A stretch of DNA of 64,000 nt, taken from the NCBI GenBank assembly GCA_973895155.1, contig OZ316898.1:10622286-10686285 (forward strand), in the 5' to 3' direction. The position numbers and the translations under genes were made by a program. Of the stretch, positions 26,406 to 40,100 are shown piece after piece (the stretch's first letter is position 1; the number at the start of each line of letters is the position of its first letter). The notes below the pieces were generated by a model. That model saw only the letters and a program-made list of their open reading frames with translations. It had not been told where the DNA came from and made no database searches. This DNA is from Marsupella aquatica (Eukaryota; Plantae; Marchantiophyta).

Positions 26406-29400
26406 TCGGAGTTAGCAATGCCGAAACTAAGTGGTAGGGTAATCCAATTCCACAACTGTGTAGGATTGATGTGTCAGTTGCTAGGAGAACAACAACACAT
26501 TGCACCCAACAACCCCAAGGTTTGCAAGTGGTGAGTCCTCATTGAGCCTCTATGACATTTTAGCCTACTACATCATGTTCTGGCTCCCATTTAATTTTTT
26601 TTCCTTGCTTGTGACAATTGTGATGGTTTGTTGAGAATGGCATTATGTGAGTGGCTTTCTATGGGGTGAAAGAATGTGTTGTAGGACTGAGGCTTACAAG
26701 GTTAAATTCATTGTTTTTACAACCATTTGTTAGAATATCACTGGGATAGTTTTCATTCATCATATATGGAGTCATCTTGGAAGTTTTGTGACATTTTGTT
26801 GTTCTATATGGTTTTGGCATTACAAATAAGACACAAATGGTACAAGTACCTCAAGTTCATTGATGTCAATAGTGGATCAATTAACAATTTCTATTTGCAG
26901 TGCTTGAAACTGTTGGTTGTGTGCGAGCTAGACAATGTTCCCTTCCACTAAAATGTTCGGCCGTTTCGCTTATCTACAATATATTCCTCGACTAACAAGA
27001 TCAGGTAATGCATACTGATTTCTTGAGGCTTGATATAGTTGGCTGCATTCTTGTTTTTTCTCACTTACAAGTTACTATACCACATAGTACAATTTTTGAA
27101 TGCAATTTGCAACTTGATATTAGAGGCAACAATGGGACATGCAAGATTCATGATTCAGAGTAGGATGGACTTGCAAGCTTAGGCTGTAGAGGGCCCGGTA
27201 GAGGGTCTACGGCGGTGGTCTTTTCTGCCAGCCCAACTTTTCTCTCCTTATGGCCAAATTGAGTTGTGGTTTCTTTAGGATCAAAACAAACAACATCAAC
27301 TCTCAAATCATCAACATCAACATCAACATATATATGGTGATTTCGTCTGGGTTACATCCACGATCGCACCAAGAGCTTCACTATAATCACAAAATATACA
27401 TATCACCATAATTCAATGTCCAAGCCGGGGTCCAAGCTCTCTCACTCACAAAGTCCTAAACTGCCAAGTGTACTCTTTCCATGGGATACAAAGAGATTAT
27501 CCCTTCACGAAGAGTCTAGTTAATTCACTTTAGTTAACGTAGCCAAGGTTGGGTCAAAAAAGGCTAGGGTATCTATTGAAGAATGTTGTTTCTTTCTACG
27601 GGCCCAAGAGTTCTCAAAATCTGCCAAGGTGATTTGAAAAACTAGGAACTCAATCTAAAGTGGGTCCAATTCCACATCTTCTCTCTCAGCTCTCTAAGCT
27701 TTTGGTTCATCCTTTTGATGTTGTGCATGGTTGCCTAAGCTTCAGTCGGTTGAAATGGTGACTACTCAGGGGAAGCAAATGTCGAGAAATTCTATCTCAA
27801 GTCAATTCAAAATGGTTGCGATCATTGTTGAGTCATGGGTCAGATGGGGTTATCCTTTTACTACATCCGGACGACATACAATTCTACAGCTTGGTCTCAC
27901 AAACTAAATAAGAGCATTGTTAGAAGCACTCTCAATTAATGCACTCACAATTTTGTAAAGGCTTTATCCCTGGTGGGGGTTGATTTGTAGAAAATTGAGG
28001 CTTCACAGTAGGTAGCTGATTGATCTTAATCATGTCATCCCCATGGTGGGCCCCATTGTCAATAGCCATAGGGCTATGAACAAAGCGCACCTCTCACCTA
28101 CCATCAGCAACTCTACTTTAATGTTAACAACAATCTATTTTGTACGGAATGACATCTTTTTACACAAGTATCTCTCTTGCCAAACAACTTCTGTTATGTA
28201 ACAACATCTTTTCCTCCATGACATTTATTTAACAATATCATTTTCACAATAATGTATGCAACAACATTTTTACACATCCACATCTTTGTATAATAACATC
28301 TTATGCATTGATGTCTTTTATGTCACATCATCTTTTGTGCAATGCACTGGTAATGAGCTAATATACATGTAATGCAATATGGATGTCAACGTCCAAAATG
28401 CTTGTCAATTTGATATATATTTCTCACACTAACAAATGTGGATATCATTTGATGACTACACAACCCTCTTTTGTGATGAACACAATGTCCAACCCTTCTT
28501 CAACCCTCAACATTGGGTTGGGTTCCTTGCTTTGCTCTCATTCCAATTTGCTTTGCCCCCTCCATGTTGGCTACCCCACTCCCCCATCCTACCTCACATC
28601 CATGAACTAAGGTGTTAACCTCAACTTAATGTTAGAATAGTGACCTTTGGATCATTGAAGACTACTCAGGTAACTCTGTCTTGTTGAAATTTTTCTTATG
28701 TGTTTTGTTTCAATTTATTTTAGACAAGGTGTATCTTTTGTATTTTTGGACTTTGAAATCATTTTTCCCCTCTCGATGTTTTTAATTTTCTTATTTTTGA
28801 CCCCCTAAATGAGGCTATACCTATTATTCAATCTTCAATCAATATTTTTGTTAGAATTTGTTGCTTTTATCCTTACATTCAAGTTATGTTATATTGGTTT
28901 TTCATAGAGTATGCATACCTACGCCCTAAGCTTTCTATTCCCAAGAGTGCAATAGAATCCGAGGCTTCTCAAAAACAATCATCTCACCCTCTCTCCTCTT
29001 AACTACAGCTAAGAGTTCTCTTTAGTAAGTTTATGGTTTTGAGTGTAAGTGAACTAAGTCATTATGAGAAAAACATGAGAAGTACAATATTTTTCAAGCT
29101 AAGAAATTATTAACCATAATGGCAAGTGGAAATAAAAGTGGGGACACTTTGCAAAAGAATAAGGGGCGACTTCATCAAAGTGCCAAAAAGCACAAACGCA
29201 CAAATCGAGAGACAGGGTCCCAAAGGCAAAGCAACCCAATAAAGGGAAAGAAACAGAACGAGCGAGGAGGAGACATTTGTAAAGGAATGCAAGTTTAGAC
29301 ACAAGTCCCAAGTCACCAAAAACTAATTTATTAATATATTAAAAACTATTTATAAAATTCCATTTAAAGACTAGAAGAATGATTAATTATTTTTATTAAC

Positions 29401-29608
29401 ATATAAATCATTTTAAAGAAACATAATGACATAAAATATTTCCTTTTATTTTTGAGTATATTCTTAGCTATCATCATTTTAAAAAGTTTAATTACCATTT
29501 GGAGAAGATTGTTTAAAAATTTGACTGCCCCTATCCACAAAAAAATTGTCAAAATTTTATATCTATGCTTTATGTATTACTTAATGTACATATTTTAAAA
29601 ATTTATAT

Positions 29609-29881
29609 ATATTTGTCTAAAATGATGCTCCCATGGCTACCAGGTACAATTGAGATAGATTAATTAATAATATTCCCTGTCATAATGTGAGTATAGGTAC
29701 ATATGAGTTATAAAAATATGTGGGAGCATTTTGACAAACCTAGAAAAGCTATATAATTTATTTTATTTTAATTTAATGATAAATATATCATAATTAGTGT
29801 ATCACATAATGAAATTATACTCTTTTTTTCATATCTACTCGCCTATCTACGGTCCATGGGAGCATCATTTTTGACAAATAT
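29609..29881. repeat. 28-bp inverted repeat pair in a very AT-rich block (MITE-like)
   Basis: atatttgtctaaaatgatgctcccatgg (29609-29636) versus ccatgggagcatcatttttgacaaatat (29854-29881), one mismatch. No clear TSD. Confidence 0.6.
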
Positions 29882-31280
29882 GTGATAATTAATATATAAT
29901 ATAATTAAATTTCACCTCATTATTCTTCCTAGGATTCTTCCTGCTAATTAAAATAATTAATTATCACTTAAATGTTAAGATATTTTGACGATTATAGATA
30001 TTATATTTCATAATGATTACAAACGTACATATGATACTTTCACATCAGACTTTAAAGTGGAGCATCTAATATTAAATTTTATAATGATATCCAAAGTACC
30101 AATACTACCTACTCATGATTGACTTTAGAATAAAATAATTAATATTATATTGATAATAATTAAAATATCAACTTTAATTAAATCAAATTTATATAATGTT
30201 TTATTTTAAAAATTATATTAAAGTTTTTCACGATAATATTTTTAATGTTTACATTTAGTAATTTATGTTTATTTTTCTAAATAATATTAAATAATAATTG
30301 TGTATGGATGATTCTCTAGTTGAGAAGGCCACTCTTTGACCCACTCACATTTTTTACAGCATTGACACATTTGCTGTAGCTATAGATGGAAAATTAAGTC
30401 ATCACCCTTGTGAAGCAATAGTTTTCTTTCCTTTTCTTTTTTCCTTGGGTTTGAGCAGTTTTGAGCTTAGCCGTTGGTTTTCGGGCTTCTAGACATATTC
30501 CCCTCCTTGACCTTGTGATGTGATTTACTCTGACACTTTACTAGGCTTCTCAGTTTTTCACCTAGTAGGGTTTTAGTTGTTAGTTTGCTTCTTAGTGGAC
30601 TCTTTGTTGTTGTGGGGGGCAAGGTCCAACAACCGTCAGACCAGAGGGAACAAAGGGCACCCTCAACACATAGAATCCACCCAAACAAACTCAATGACTA
30701 ATAGTAATGTAATAAGGGCCAAATGGTAATGTAGTCCTTATGTGTCCTGACTCATGTTCTCTGTCTCAAGTCCCTGTCTCAATGTCCTTATGACCTTTAG
30801 TGTTACTACTACTCTGATTGCTAGGGTACTGCTCCCTCTGCTGCTGCAGATGTCTACTGAGAATAGCCCCCTGGTCACAGCCAGTAGAACAAATATGAGA
30901 TTAGTAGTGTTATTGGCTCTCTGCCTCATGTGAGAATGCTAGAGTGGACTATGGTGGTCCAGATCTCACGATTGCAAGGTGCCATTGTTCCAAAGTATAC
31001 TTGAAGGTATGGAATGGTATGGGGCCCAATATTCCTTATGTGGGGCACGTTCTTGTCCGGATTTTAGACCCACCTCTCTTGGAGGTCTGCTCATTGGCAG
31101 CTTGGTCCATTCCTATTTTAAGTCTTGTTCATTAAAAGTACGTGGACTCCATGCTCCTCGTCAGATCTTCTATTCTCATGGCAAAGAAGAATACTAGCCA
31201 AAGTCAAAGAACTATGTACCTTTTAGGTGGAGTGGGTCCCCAACTTGTCTCCTAGCAAAATACTCTCTTAGCACCTTTGC

Positions 31281-31914
31281 CAGCAAAATACTTGATGGGG
31301 CCCCTCTAGCTAGAGTATTTCAGGCAATTTACACAATAGCCACCATTGTCACCTCCACAGTCCCTTCTGCAATCTGTTTGGTCCTCACAAGCCTCAGGGT
31401 GGTCTGCCTTAACCCTGCTGCAAGATTTTACGACAGTGGCTCCAAAACGACAAACATGAACATGAAACATGCACTTTGTTTTCAACTGGGCAAAAGCCTC
31501 CCATGCAGGACATTCCAAGAATGAAAGCAACGATTGAACTCATCAAAACTGTGAGAAATTTGTCCAAGAGAGTCTAATCTTTTAGTAATTGTTAGGGAAC
31601 AAGTAAAAGAGAATATCCATAATTTCTATGCAGGTGTAATTTAAAATGAGTATGAGAGTGAGAGGGGCTAAATACTTTATACATATGTTATATGCTTATT
31701 TTAAACAAGATTACACTAAAAATTGTTTCTAGACAGTATATCTGATGAACTGACGTAGATAATTGTAGAGTCATGTTACAATTAAAAAATGGAAAAAATA
31801 ATATGACAATCCTGACAAAGAGTTACAGGGAGAAGGAGCAGTTAAGTATAGTTCAAAAGTTAGGGGGTCTTCAGGAATCTTTAGCTAGAGGGGGCCCCCT
31901 CAAGTATTTTGCTG
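31281..31914. mobile_element. Non-autonomous TIR DNA transposon (MULE-like, 634 bp) with 9-bp TSD
   Basis: ~32-bp TIRs: cagcaaaatacttgatggggcccctctagcta and tagctagagggggccccctcaagtattttgctg. The direct repeat cacctttgc flanks them at 31272-31280 and 31915-31923. Confidence 0.88.
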
Positions 31915-34900
31915 CACCTTTGCTGAAGTTTGCTTTACAAGACATTGGACCACATGTTTCCAAATCCTCTTTTAGACCAAGTACCTACATTATCTTTAGC
32001 ATAATAAATGGCCCATAGATAAGCTTTGACAAAACATCCCTCAAAGCCCCAAACTCTTGTAAAGCCACCCTCAATTTAATGCTAAACAGAGCTCTAGAGT
32101 AGTCCCTGTAGTTGTTCTTTGAGACTCTTGGGCCTTTAAACTTTGGGATCCCGGTGTGGCACCTTTTGTTTGTTACAGTATTTTATACTTTCTCAAGGCA
32201 TGATAATGTATTATTTATGAATTGCAAATTCACTTTCCAAGATGTTTTGAAAGTCTGAAGTGTCTTATGAAAGGTTTCCTTTGGTCATTTCAACCATGTG
32301 GATATTGAACTTTTATGCATTTTCCAATTTATCTCCTAATTTGGATGTTGACCCCTTTATCACTCAGAGTGGGCGCTACTATGCCTCTGCAGACGCTTGC
32401 CCCCCTAAAGGACATTTGTGTCCCACATGCTGATTTAGTTGGGACACTAGATGTGGACCATTAGCTCTTGCCACATTTGCTTCTGATGTGGACACAAGTC
32501 CTTCACACTAGTGAGTGTTAGTTACTCTGCCCCTTCTCTTCTCCTCTTTTTATCTGGGGCCGGTTGCACTTGCTTTTCCTTTTCCTTGTTTGGTGTTGTC
32601 CTCTTTGGACCTCTTTTTCTTTTGTTTCATTGTACTGTTTTTTCCCAGATCTACAAATTTTGGTGGAAGTTTTACCTTATCAGTTTAATTAGTTTTAAGA
32701 TCAACTTGGATGTTGACCCGCCCTTATTTGTTTGTTTTTTTGTTGCTTTTCCCTATTTGCAAGTAGCACAAGAATACCACCCAGGTGCCCCTTGAAGGCA
32801 GGACATGAGGACCATTCACATCCTGTGATTATATTTTGGGTGGAGGCAAGTAGGTATGGTGGCTAGCTCCTTTCGGAACCAAGAAGGAGATTTTGCGAGT
32901 GGAGGTGCTCAGTAGTCAATATCATGTGGCAAACCAGTTAGCTAGCACTAGTGATTGGCTCTTGCACTTGCCAGTGGTAAGTAAGGAGGGTTTCGCAAAT
33001 TGCATGCTCCCGCCAAGTGCGGTTAAAGGTGAGTTACAGGTCCCACCAGGTAAGTTTACTGGAAAATCTGGCAAATTGAGTTAGGAATTGAGGCAATCTG
33101 GAGAATACAAGTGACTAGGGTGCATGAGTTTTGGCAAGGGTTCACTCAGATCCCTAAGGTGATCGGCCACTGGGATTGGGGTGAGGAGGACTGTTTGGCA
33201 AACGTGTATGGGCTCAACTATGAAGAGCTACTGGGTTAGGGCTGGGGCAGGTCACCTTTGGTGAAATCGTGCCATGTTTCCCTTTGTTAGATTCACCAAG
33301 GTTCTGAGCGACTAAGATGGCGGCAATAATTTGCCAAAAGTAAAAACACTGCACAGATCCCCCTCAACAAAAATGATCACACATCAAGTTTGAGCACAAC
33401 CCTTTTTACTAATCATGCGCACTCCACACTACTAGGTTTGAAACTAACTTGTGGAGCCCCTACTTATCTATGCTTTAATGCTCATGAGAAAGTTCATAAA
33501 TGTTCTCTTGTTTGGTTACTTGTTAAATTAAAAAACAAAACATACATTGGAAAGTCAGTGTTTACCTCAAAATGCTCTTAATATTCTTAAATTTACATCA
33601 CAAAATTATTTTGATGTTTCACAAGCACTGTAAAAAAGCTTTTAGTCAGATACAAAATCTAAATAATCATTTGTTATTTGCACTTGCCTGGATGATACAA
33701 ACGGTTGTTGGGAGTGATATTTTAATTGGCTAAATGCTACCAAAGTGGTACACAGAAAAATAAGGGGGACGTACATCAGGCAAATTAACCAAAATCTGCC
33801 TGTAGCTATAGTTGTATGTGCTAGATCTTTGAAGATCTGATGGTTGTCCTTAAGATCAAGCAATATCTAAGCCCTTCCATAAATTTAATGATATTTCTAA
33901 GTAAACATTAGGTGGATCCCTATTTTTCCTTGTAGACCTTTGCCACTTTGAACTACTCCCTCAAAAAATACAGAAAAAAATCAGGAACTGTTGGGATTTA
34001 GAGGAAGCCCAATCATTTTTATTTTGAGGGTTGGAAGAATGGCATGACGCTCTGACAATACCAAGAAGGTGCCCAAAGGAGTAGACTAAATATCCCTTCT
34101 AAAACTTGGTAATAGCACGATGAATGATCCCCAAGTCTGTCTTTTCTACTATTAGGTTTTTATAGGCAATTCATGCAAAAACACCATACCAAAGTGCCTG
34201 CTACTAGACTTCAATCTATTCGTGCAATGAACATTCCAAATTCAATAATGAGTGGCTAACCCTATGCTATAGCTAAACAAAAGTGCAAACTAATTAGTGC
34301 TTAATGCTCCACCGCGCTCACTAAATGGAAACTTGAAACCCCAAGTACTTGCCCACCCCAAGCTCCCACCTCGTTTTCTTTCTTTGCTTCATCCACAAAT
34401 CCTAAATCCATTTTTTCTTCTTCTTTTTTCCTCCCCCCTAAAGAACAACTAGACAGACTACTCTTCCTTTTCTAGATTGACATCGCATCAGAGTCATTAA
34501 TTTAAGGTGGGTGGCAGTTTATTACTATACAAAACTTGTTGCAGCCATTTCAGCATTGGTATGCCAAACCTCCAAGTTGGTGGGCACTGGCTATTGTCAG
34601 AATGGTGACTTGCACTCTTTTTTGTGGCCAAAGTTTAGACCACCTATTGTCTAAAATCTTCTCTGCTCAATCTCTTGGAATGCATTTAGTGCATTCCCCA
34701 CACAGGCCCCTCCTTTTGTCATAGACTAGGAAGCTCAAGTCCTGCTCAAGTATGTCTCCACTGATGTCCGAGTAAATGTCATACTGTCCGACTGAGGGAC
34801 TGCCTATCCACCACTCTTTCTTGTTTCTCCTCACACAAATGCCCACTTGAGGGGATTTTTTGCAAGAAAAGTTTTGGAAGGGAGCACAAATTGTTTTCTA

Positions 34901-36742
34901 ATTTTGGGGAGGCAAGAATTTTGAAGGGGGTCAGGAGGGAGATTTTTGGTGAGGACTAAGGAAATATTTGGTGGCCAACCTTCAAGGGGGGTGAGGATTT
35001 CCAAAAGATGGGCTGGGGCCATTTTTGGCAGGGGCAGTGAGGGGTTCCATATTGGGGAGGGTATATTTTTGGAAGGGAAAGGTAAAATACAATTTATGAA
35101 ATTTTTAATGTATTTTATTTCAACAAATTTCTCTACATTTCTTAGGTTTGAAGTGCAAACTTAAAAGATCATGCTTTGGATTGCGTACAAATGTAAGCAA
35201 TGACTAAATGTTTTTAACAATAAATATTTTAGCTGGTTTCAGACCACAGCACGGGCACCATGAGACTCCGGAAGATGAGAACATTGAAGTCTGAGCTGTC
35301 GGCATAGTCTCAACTGATCCAAAATATTCTAGCTAGGGACACATTAGACAATCTGCGAACAGAAATTGAAATCGTGATTTAGAATGTTTGACCATTTATT
35401 TCTTCATAAAAAATGGAGCAAATGATTTCAAGAAACTCTCAAACTTTTTCATGCAAAAGATTGGACATCACAAACCATACTGGAAAACTTCAGCTTAAGC
35501 TAAGATTGAAAAGTCCTACAAACTAATTGACACTTCTGCCAAATTCAAACATTGCAAACAGTTGATAACTTTTACAGCTGTATCAAGTAAGTTGTCAAGA
35601 CACGAAGTGCAGTTTGAAAAGTGCTATGTAATTGCAAAGCTTGTGATGTCTTCATGATTTTCTTGAATGACAGGCTAAAATTTGTCATGTTTGGGCTGAG
35701 ATTGGAGATTTGAGACAGAAAAACTCTGTATGTCTCCAGGCAACATTGTTGACCCATTCAGACAACATTACATTGAGCAAAGGACATTTTTAAAAGTGTG
35801 AGCTGATGCCTTGACTACTTTCTCCTTGCGTAATGGTATAAGCCTGCCTGTCCATGAAAGTTGAGTAATGTGAACAAGGAGAGATCTCATTGATAGGAGA
35901 TGGATAGACCCTTACTTTCAAAGAATTTTATCAGTACAATATGCCAATGTGATATTTAACTCCAAATTTTACTTTGGAAGTGGGCATAGTACTGACTTAG
36001 TAAATCCAGGGTGATCAAGTCATGAACTCCAATAGGTAATCCTTTCCTATTTCTAACTCAATGATCCCTTGATGCAGGCCATGGGGATGGACAGGGACAA
36101 TCTCTGCGTGCATCATAAGTTATTTATTTGTTATTTTATTTATAATATAATAAAAATGAGTAATTTATTTCTATCTACATTCAAGAGACAGAGATATATA
36201 TCACACTCCGCAAGGCAGAAAACGCCGAACCGGGAGACATGAACAAATAGATGCCAAACCTGCATTAATTATTAGTTTTATGCGAACAATAAAATCATTA
36301 AACATAAATGATTGAATTGATAGGCCGTCGCACGCTTGAACTCCCACTGACATTAATTGTACGAGGTGAATCGGAAGCAGTCCCATACGGTATTTCAGTT
36401 TTAGTGACCAGTAGAGAGTACGTACTCCGTATAGTACTGTTGGCTTTTGGCGCGAATACGGAAACGGTACAGTCCTGCGCTTACACTTTACAGTACGCGG
36501 GGTAATCGAGTAAGTGTAGTTCGTTTGGCTTGGCACCAACTCACGATCGGGGTTTTGTGCGGAGTGCGAGTTTTGGTGCTCGAGCGGGAGATCAGTTGTT
36601 CCATGTTGCTGGACAATCGGAGCCGAGGGAGGAGCAGCGTCCATGGAGGACGGACCTCGAGCTCCTCCCGTCATGCAATCCTCGGAAATGGACCGACGCA
36701 ATGCCGCCATTGAATGAGCGTGCCCGGCCTGGGACGTACCAT

Positions 36743-36940
36743 GGAGCCGTAGTGCGGGGCTGATTTTTTTAGAGGGAGAAGAACTCGTTGCACGGCACAG
36801 TGGTGGACGAATGAGTGGAAGCGACGAGAAGAATGGGAGCCGTAGGGCGGGACTGATTTTGGATGAGGGCGAAGAACTCGTTTCACGGCATGGAGATGGA
36901 TGAATGAAATGAGACCAGAACTTGAAAGCAGAATGGGAGA
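36743..36940. repeat. Diverged tandem duplication (~93 bp) in the presumed DRM 5'UTR
   Basis: ggagccgtag.gcggg.ctgatttt...gaagaactcgtt.cacggca occurs at 36743 and 36836. Confidence 0.8.
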
Positions 36941-37173
36941 CTGAAGAGGACGAGGTGAGAGAGGTACTTAGAGGAGTTGCCTGCGTTCTGTCGAGAAATG
37001 GCAATGGTTGCAATTACTTATGAAAGATTCGATTCTATGGATGGGTAGTGGCAGATACCCTGAATTCGGATTCTGTCGAATGACATAGCAACTTCGGGGG
37101 CGATAGCTCTGATTGCAATTTGCTGCTGCGAATGCTCATAGGTCGCTGATCAAGGAGATAAGGCTTTGTAACG

Positions 37174-40100
37174 ATGGGAGAAACCGCCGACCCGAGGGTC
37201 TTTCAGTTGGTGAAAGACCTCTGCGCCAGTTTCCCTACCTCGTCCAAAGAAGCGCCGGAAGATTACCGGTGTTGTCAGATGGTCAATGAGTTGGAGATGG
37301 ACTCTTCTATATCGTACGACAAAGTTTTGGCAGAGCTCTTCGACATGGGATACGAGATTGAGCTCGCAAGCAGAGCAATATTGGACTGTGGTAATTCTGC
37401 ACTCACTGCCACGCTGCGATGAATTTTGACAGCAGAATCTGAGTCGCCAATTTGCATTTGAATCGATTTCTGTATTGAACCATGTAATGTTTTGCCGACA
37501 CTTGCTGAGCTTATATTTCATTTGACAGCAGAGTATGACTTTCATTTGTTTCTTGTGGTTGTTTGGAGTACTACTCACATTTCTTGAACGTGTAGGACGG
37601 TTGGACGTGACTGCAATCATCGAGCATATGAATTCAGAAGCTCCCGCTTCTGTGGCCATCGTAAGAACATAATCGCATCTTAGTTCGGACATTCGCCATT
37701 TATAGTGCCGAACGAGATGCAAGACTTGAATGAAAGTTGTGAACTAGGCTTTCCCTGATGTCCCTGATGTTGATGTTGATATGTAAATAATTGAAGTCTG
37801 TAGGGAGAGAGTTCTCAAGCTCCTTGTGTCATAACCTTCAGACCCTCATATCTTCGCTTGTGGTTGTACTTGCAGGTTTCACCAGTCATGCCGTCGAATT
37901 ACGAAGTCAAAGCACCGTCTTCGGATACGACTGTAAAACGAGTGCAAGAAGAGCAGCAGGTTTCTAGTTTAGGGACGGGACCGACATACCGACTGCCGGC
38001 TCCATGTGAAGCCGGCACCAGCAAAATCCGTGTTGAAGATCAAGATGGCTGCGATGCAGACAGGTGGGAACATGATGACCCAACCGCGGACAAGGAGTCG
38101 CACTTGTTGACAATGGGTTTCCCTCCGCACCACGTGACTGCTGCCCTTGAAGCATGTGGTCTGTCATCTTAACCCCCTTAAGACTACGCGAGGATTTCTG
38201 TTGAGATTTCTGTTCGTCAGACTGCTTCTTCGCAAGCCTGTTTTGTGGAATGATGATATCGGTTTCTTTCCATATCACTACAAATTTTCACTTGATTTGT
38301 CCAGGAATTGATAGCAATGTCAACGACCTCGCTAACCACATTATTAACAATGTTGAGGATCTTCCGGAAAATAACTGGGTACGTAGCGAGGTGATTTGTT
38401 GCCCTCTTGATTTCTTATTTGGGACGAACTAGGTTGAGCCATAATCTCATCACGTGAATCCACGGTTTGTTGGTGCTCACAGGACGACGATGACATGGTA
38501 GATATGGTAGATCGAAAGTATGTCAAGAAGGAAGATTGCGAGGACTTGGCTGGTGAAGAATCGTTGGATCAGGTTCACTTAATTTTAAAGAAACTCCGAA
38601 GCATGGGATGCTCGTTTACAGCTAAGATGGTTGTTGAGGCTATCCAGGCTTGTGGTAGGTGCTCTTCTCCTTCCTATGCAGTTGCATGAATACACCTCGC
38701 ACGTAAAAGAAAATGAGCGAGTTACACCGATGAATATTGTATACGGCTAACCAAGGAAATTTTTTAACAGGTAAGGATGCCGAAGAGGATGCCCTCGTGG
38801 AATACCTTCTCATAACTGATGAAAGCACTCTGCGAGGTGAGAACAACGGTGAGGCACGGCATATGACCAAACTACAGCAGCTGAAGCGGTTGGGCTGTAC
38901 CTCAACCGCTGCATGTCTGCGAGCCATAGACAACAATGGTACATCCTAACCTCTTCGTTGCTAAACTATGGAACTACTCACTTCTGACGATTTTTTGAAC
39001 GTGATTCTGAAGCTGTAGATTGCATCTAACCTTGAGGGGTGATTTACGACTAACTGATTATCACATATTGCAGGTGATGCAGATATATTTGAGCTACTTG
39101 ATTACTATTGGGCCGATGAGTTCCAAGATCACGAGGTGAGGCTGACGCTCCTTTGCATGTTTTGTGTTTGAAAAAGATTTGCCACGAAATTTATGTGTTC
39201 TGTGCCCCTGATTGCTTGACCAGGGTGATGAGGATGGATACAATCGAGATGCTAAGATTACTTCGAAGAAGCGGAAAAGGAAGGAAATTGCAGTTTCCAC
39301 CAAATTGTTACTGAGGAAAGGAAAGAAGGTCGAGTGCTACGACGAAGACGAGCAGGAGGAGGAGAGCTGTCCTCGTTTCCATCGCAACATGACAGGGTTT
39401 GGACTGCCTGGAGAGCCTGTGATTCCAAGGGTGCTCAGCGAGGACATCTCCCGTCCTCCTTACTTCTACTTTGAAAATGTTGCTCTCACGCCGAAAGACG
39501 AATGGAATAATATCCAGAGACATCTGTACAACATTGCCCCCGAGTTTGTGGACTCTCTGAACTTTTCACCTTGCAGAAGGCCCAGAGGTTATGTTCATAA
39601 TCTTCCGGTGGAAGGGAGAGTGAATGTCCTTCCCAAACCGCCCATGACTGTACAGGAACTAATACCTGGTTCTGCAGGATTTTGGCCAGCCTGGGACACG
39701 AGAGTGAAGTTGAACACAATTAATACTAGAGCTGCCTCTGAATTTGTCCGAAGGCAAATACAGGACAATATCATTGCCGTGGAGAACGGAGTGCCCTCAT
39801 GTAAAGACATAAAATCCATTATGTTTTGGGCAAAGAAGTGGAATTTGGTGTGGATAAGGCCTGGAGTGTTGGCTCCTCTCTCTCCTGAAGACATAGAGAG
39901 ATGCTTAGGGTTTGATATCGATCACACCCGTGTACTTTATTCCCCTACAGATCGGGTCAGAGTTCTTGGAAACAGTTTTCAGGTTAACACAGTGGCCTAT
40001 CATCTATCAGTACTCCGGCCAATGTATACAAGTGGTATAAGGGTGTTGTCCCTCTTTTCTGGTATAGGAGGAGCTGAAGTGGCACTGCATAAGCTGGGCA

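Noticed and set aside
29330-30320. Helitron (AT-rich block ending in CTAG-T)
   Set aside because: There is no clear 5' TC start or subterminal hairpin.
36201-37013. 270-aa minus-strand ORF
   Set aside because: It starts at TTG, is Ser/Pro-rich and low in complexity, and lies antisense to the GC-rich DRM promoter/5'UTR and its tandem duplication. No domain is recognisable.
37150-37722. 190-aa minus-strand ORF
   Set aside because: Antisense shadow of DRM exons 1-2.
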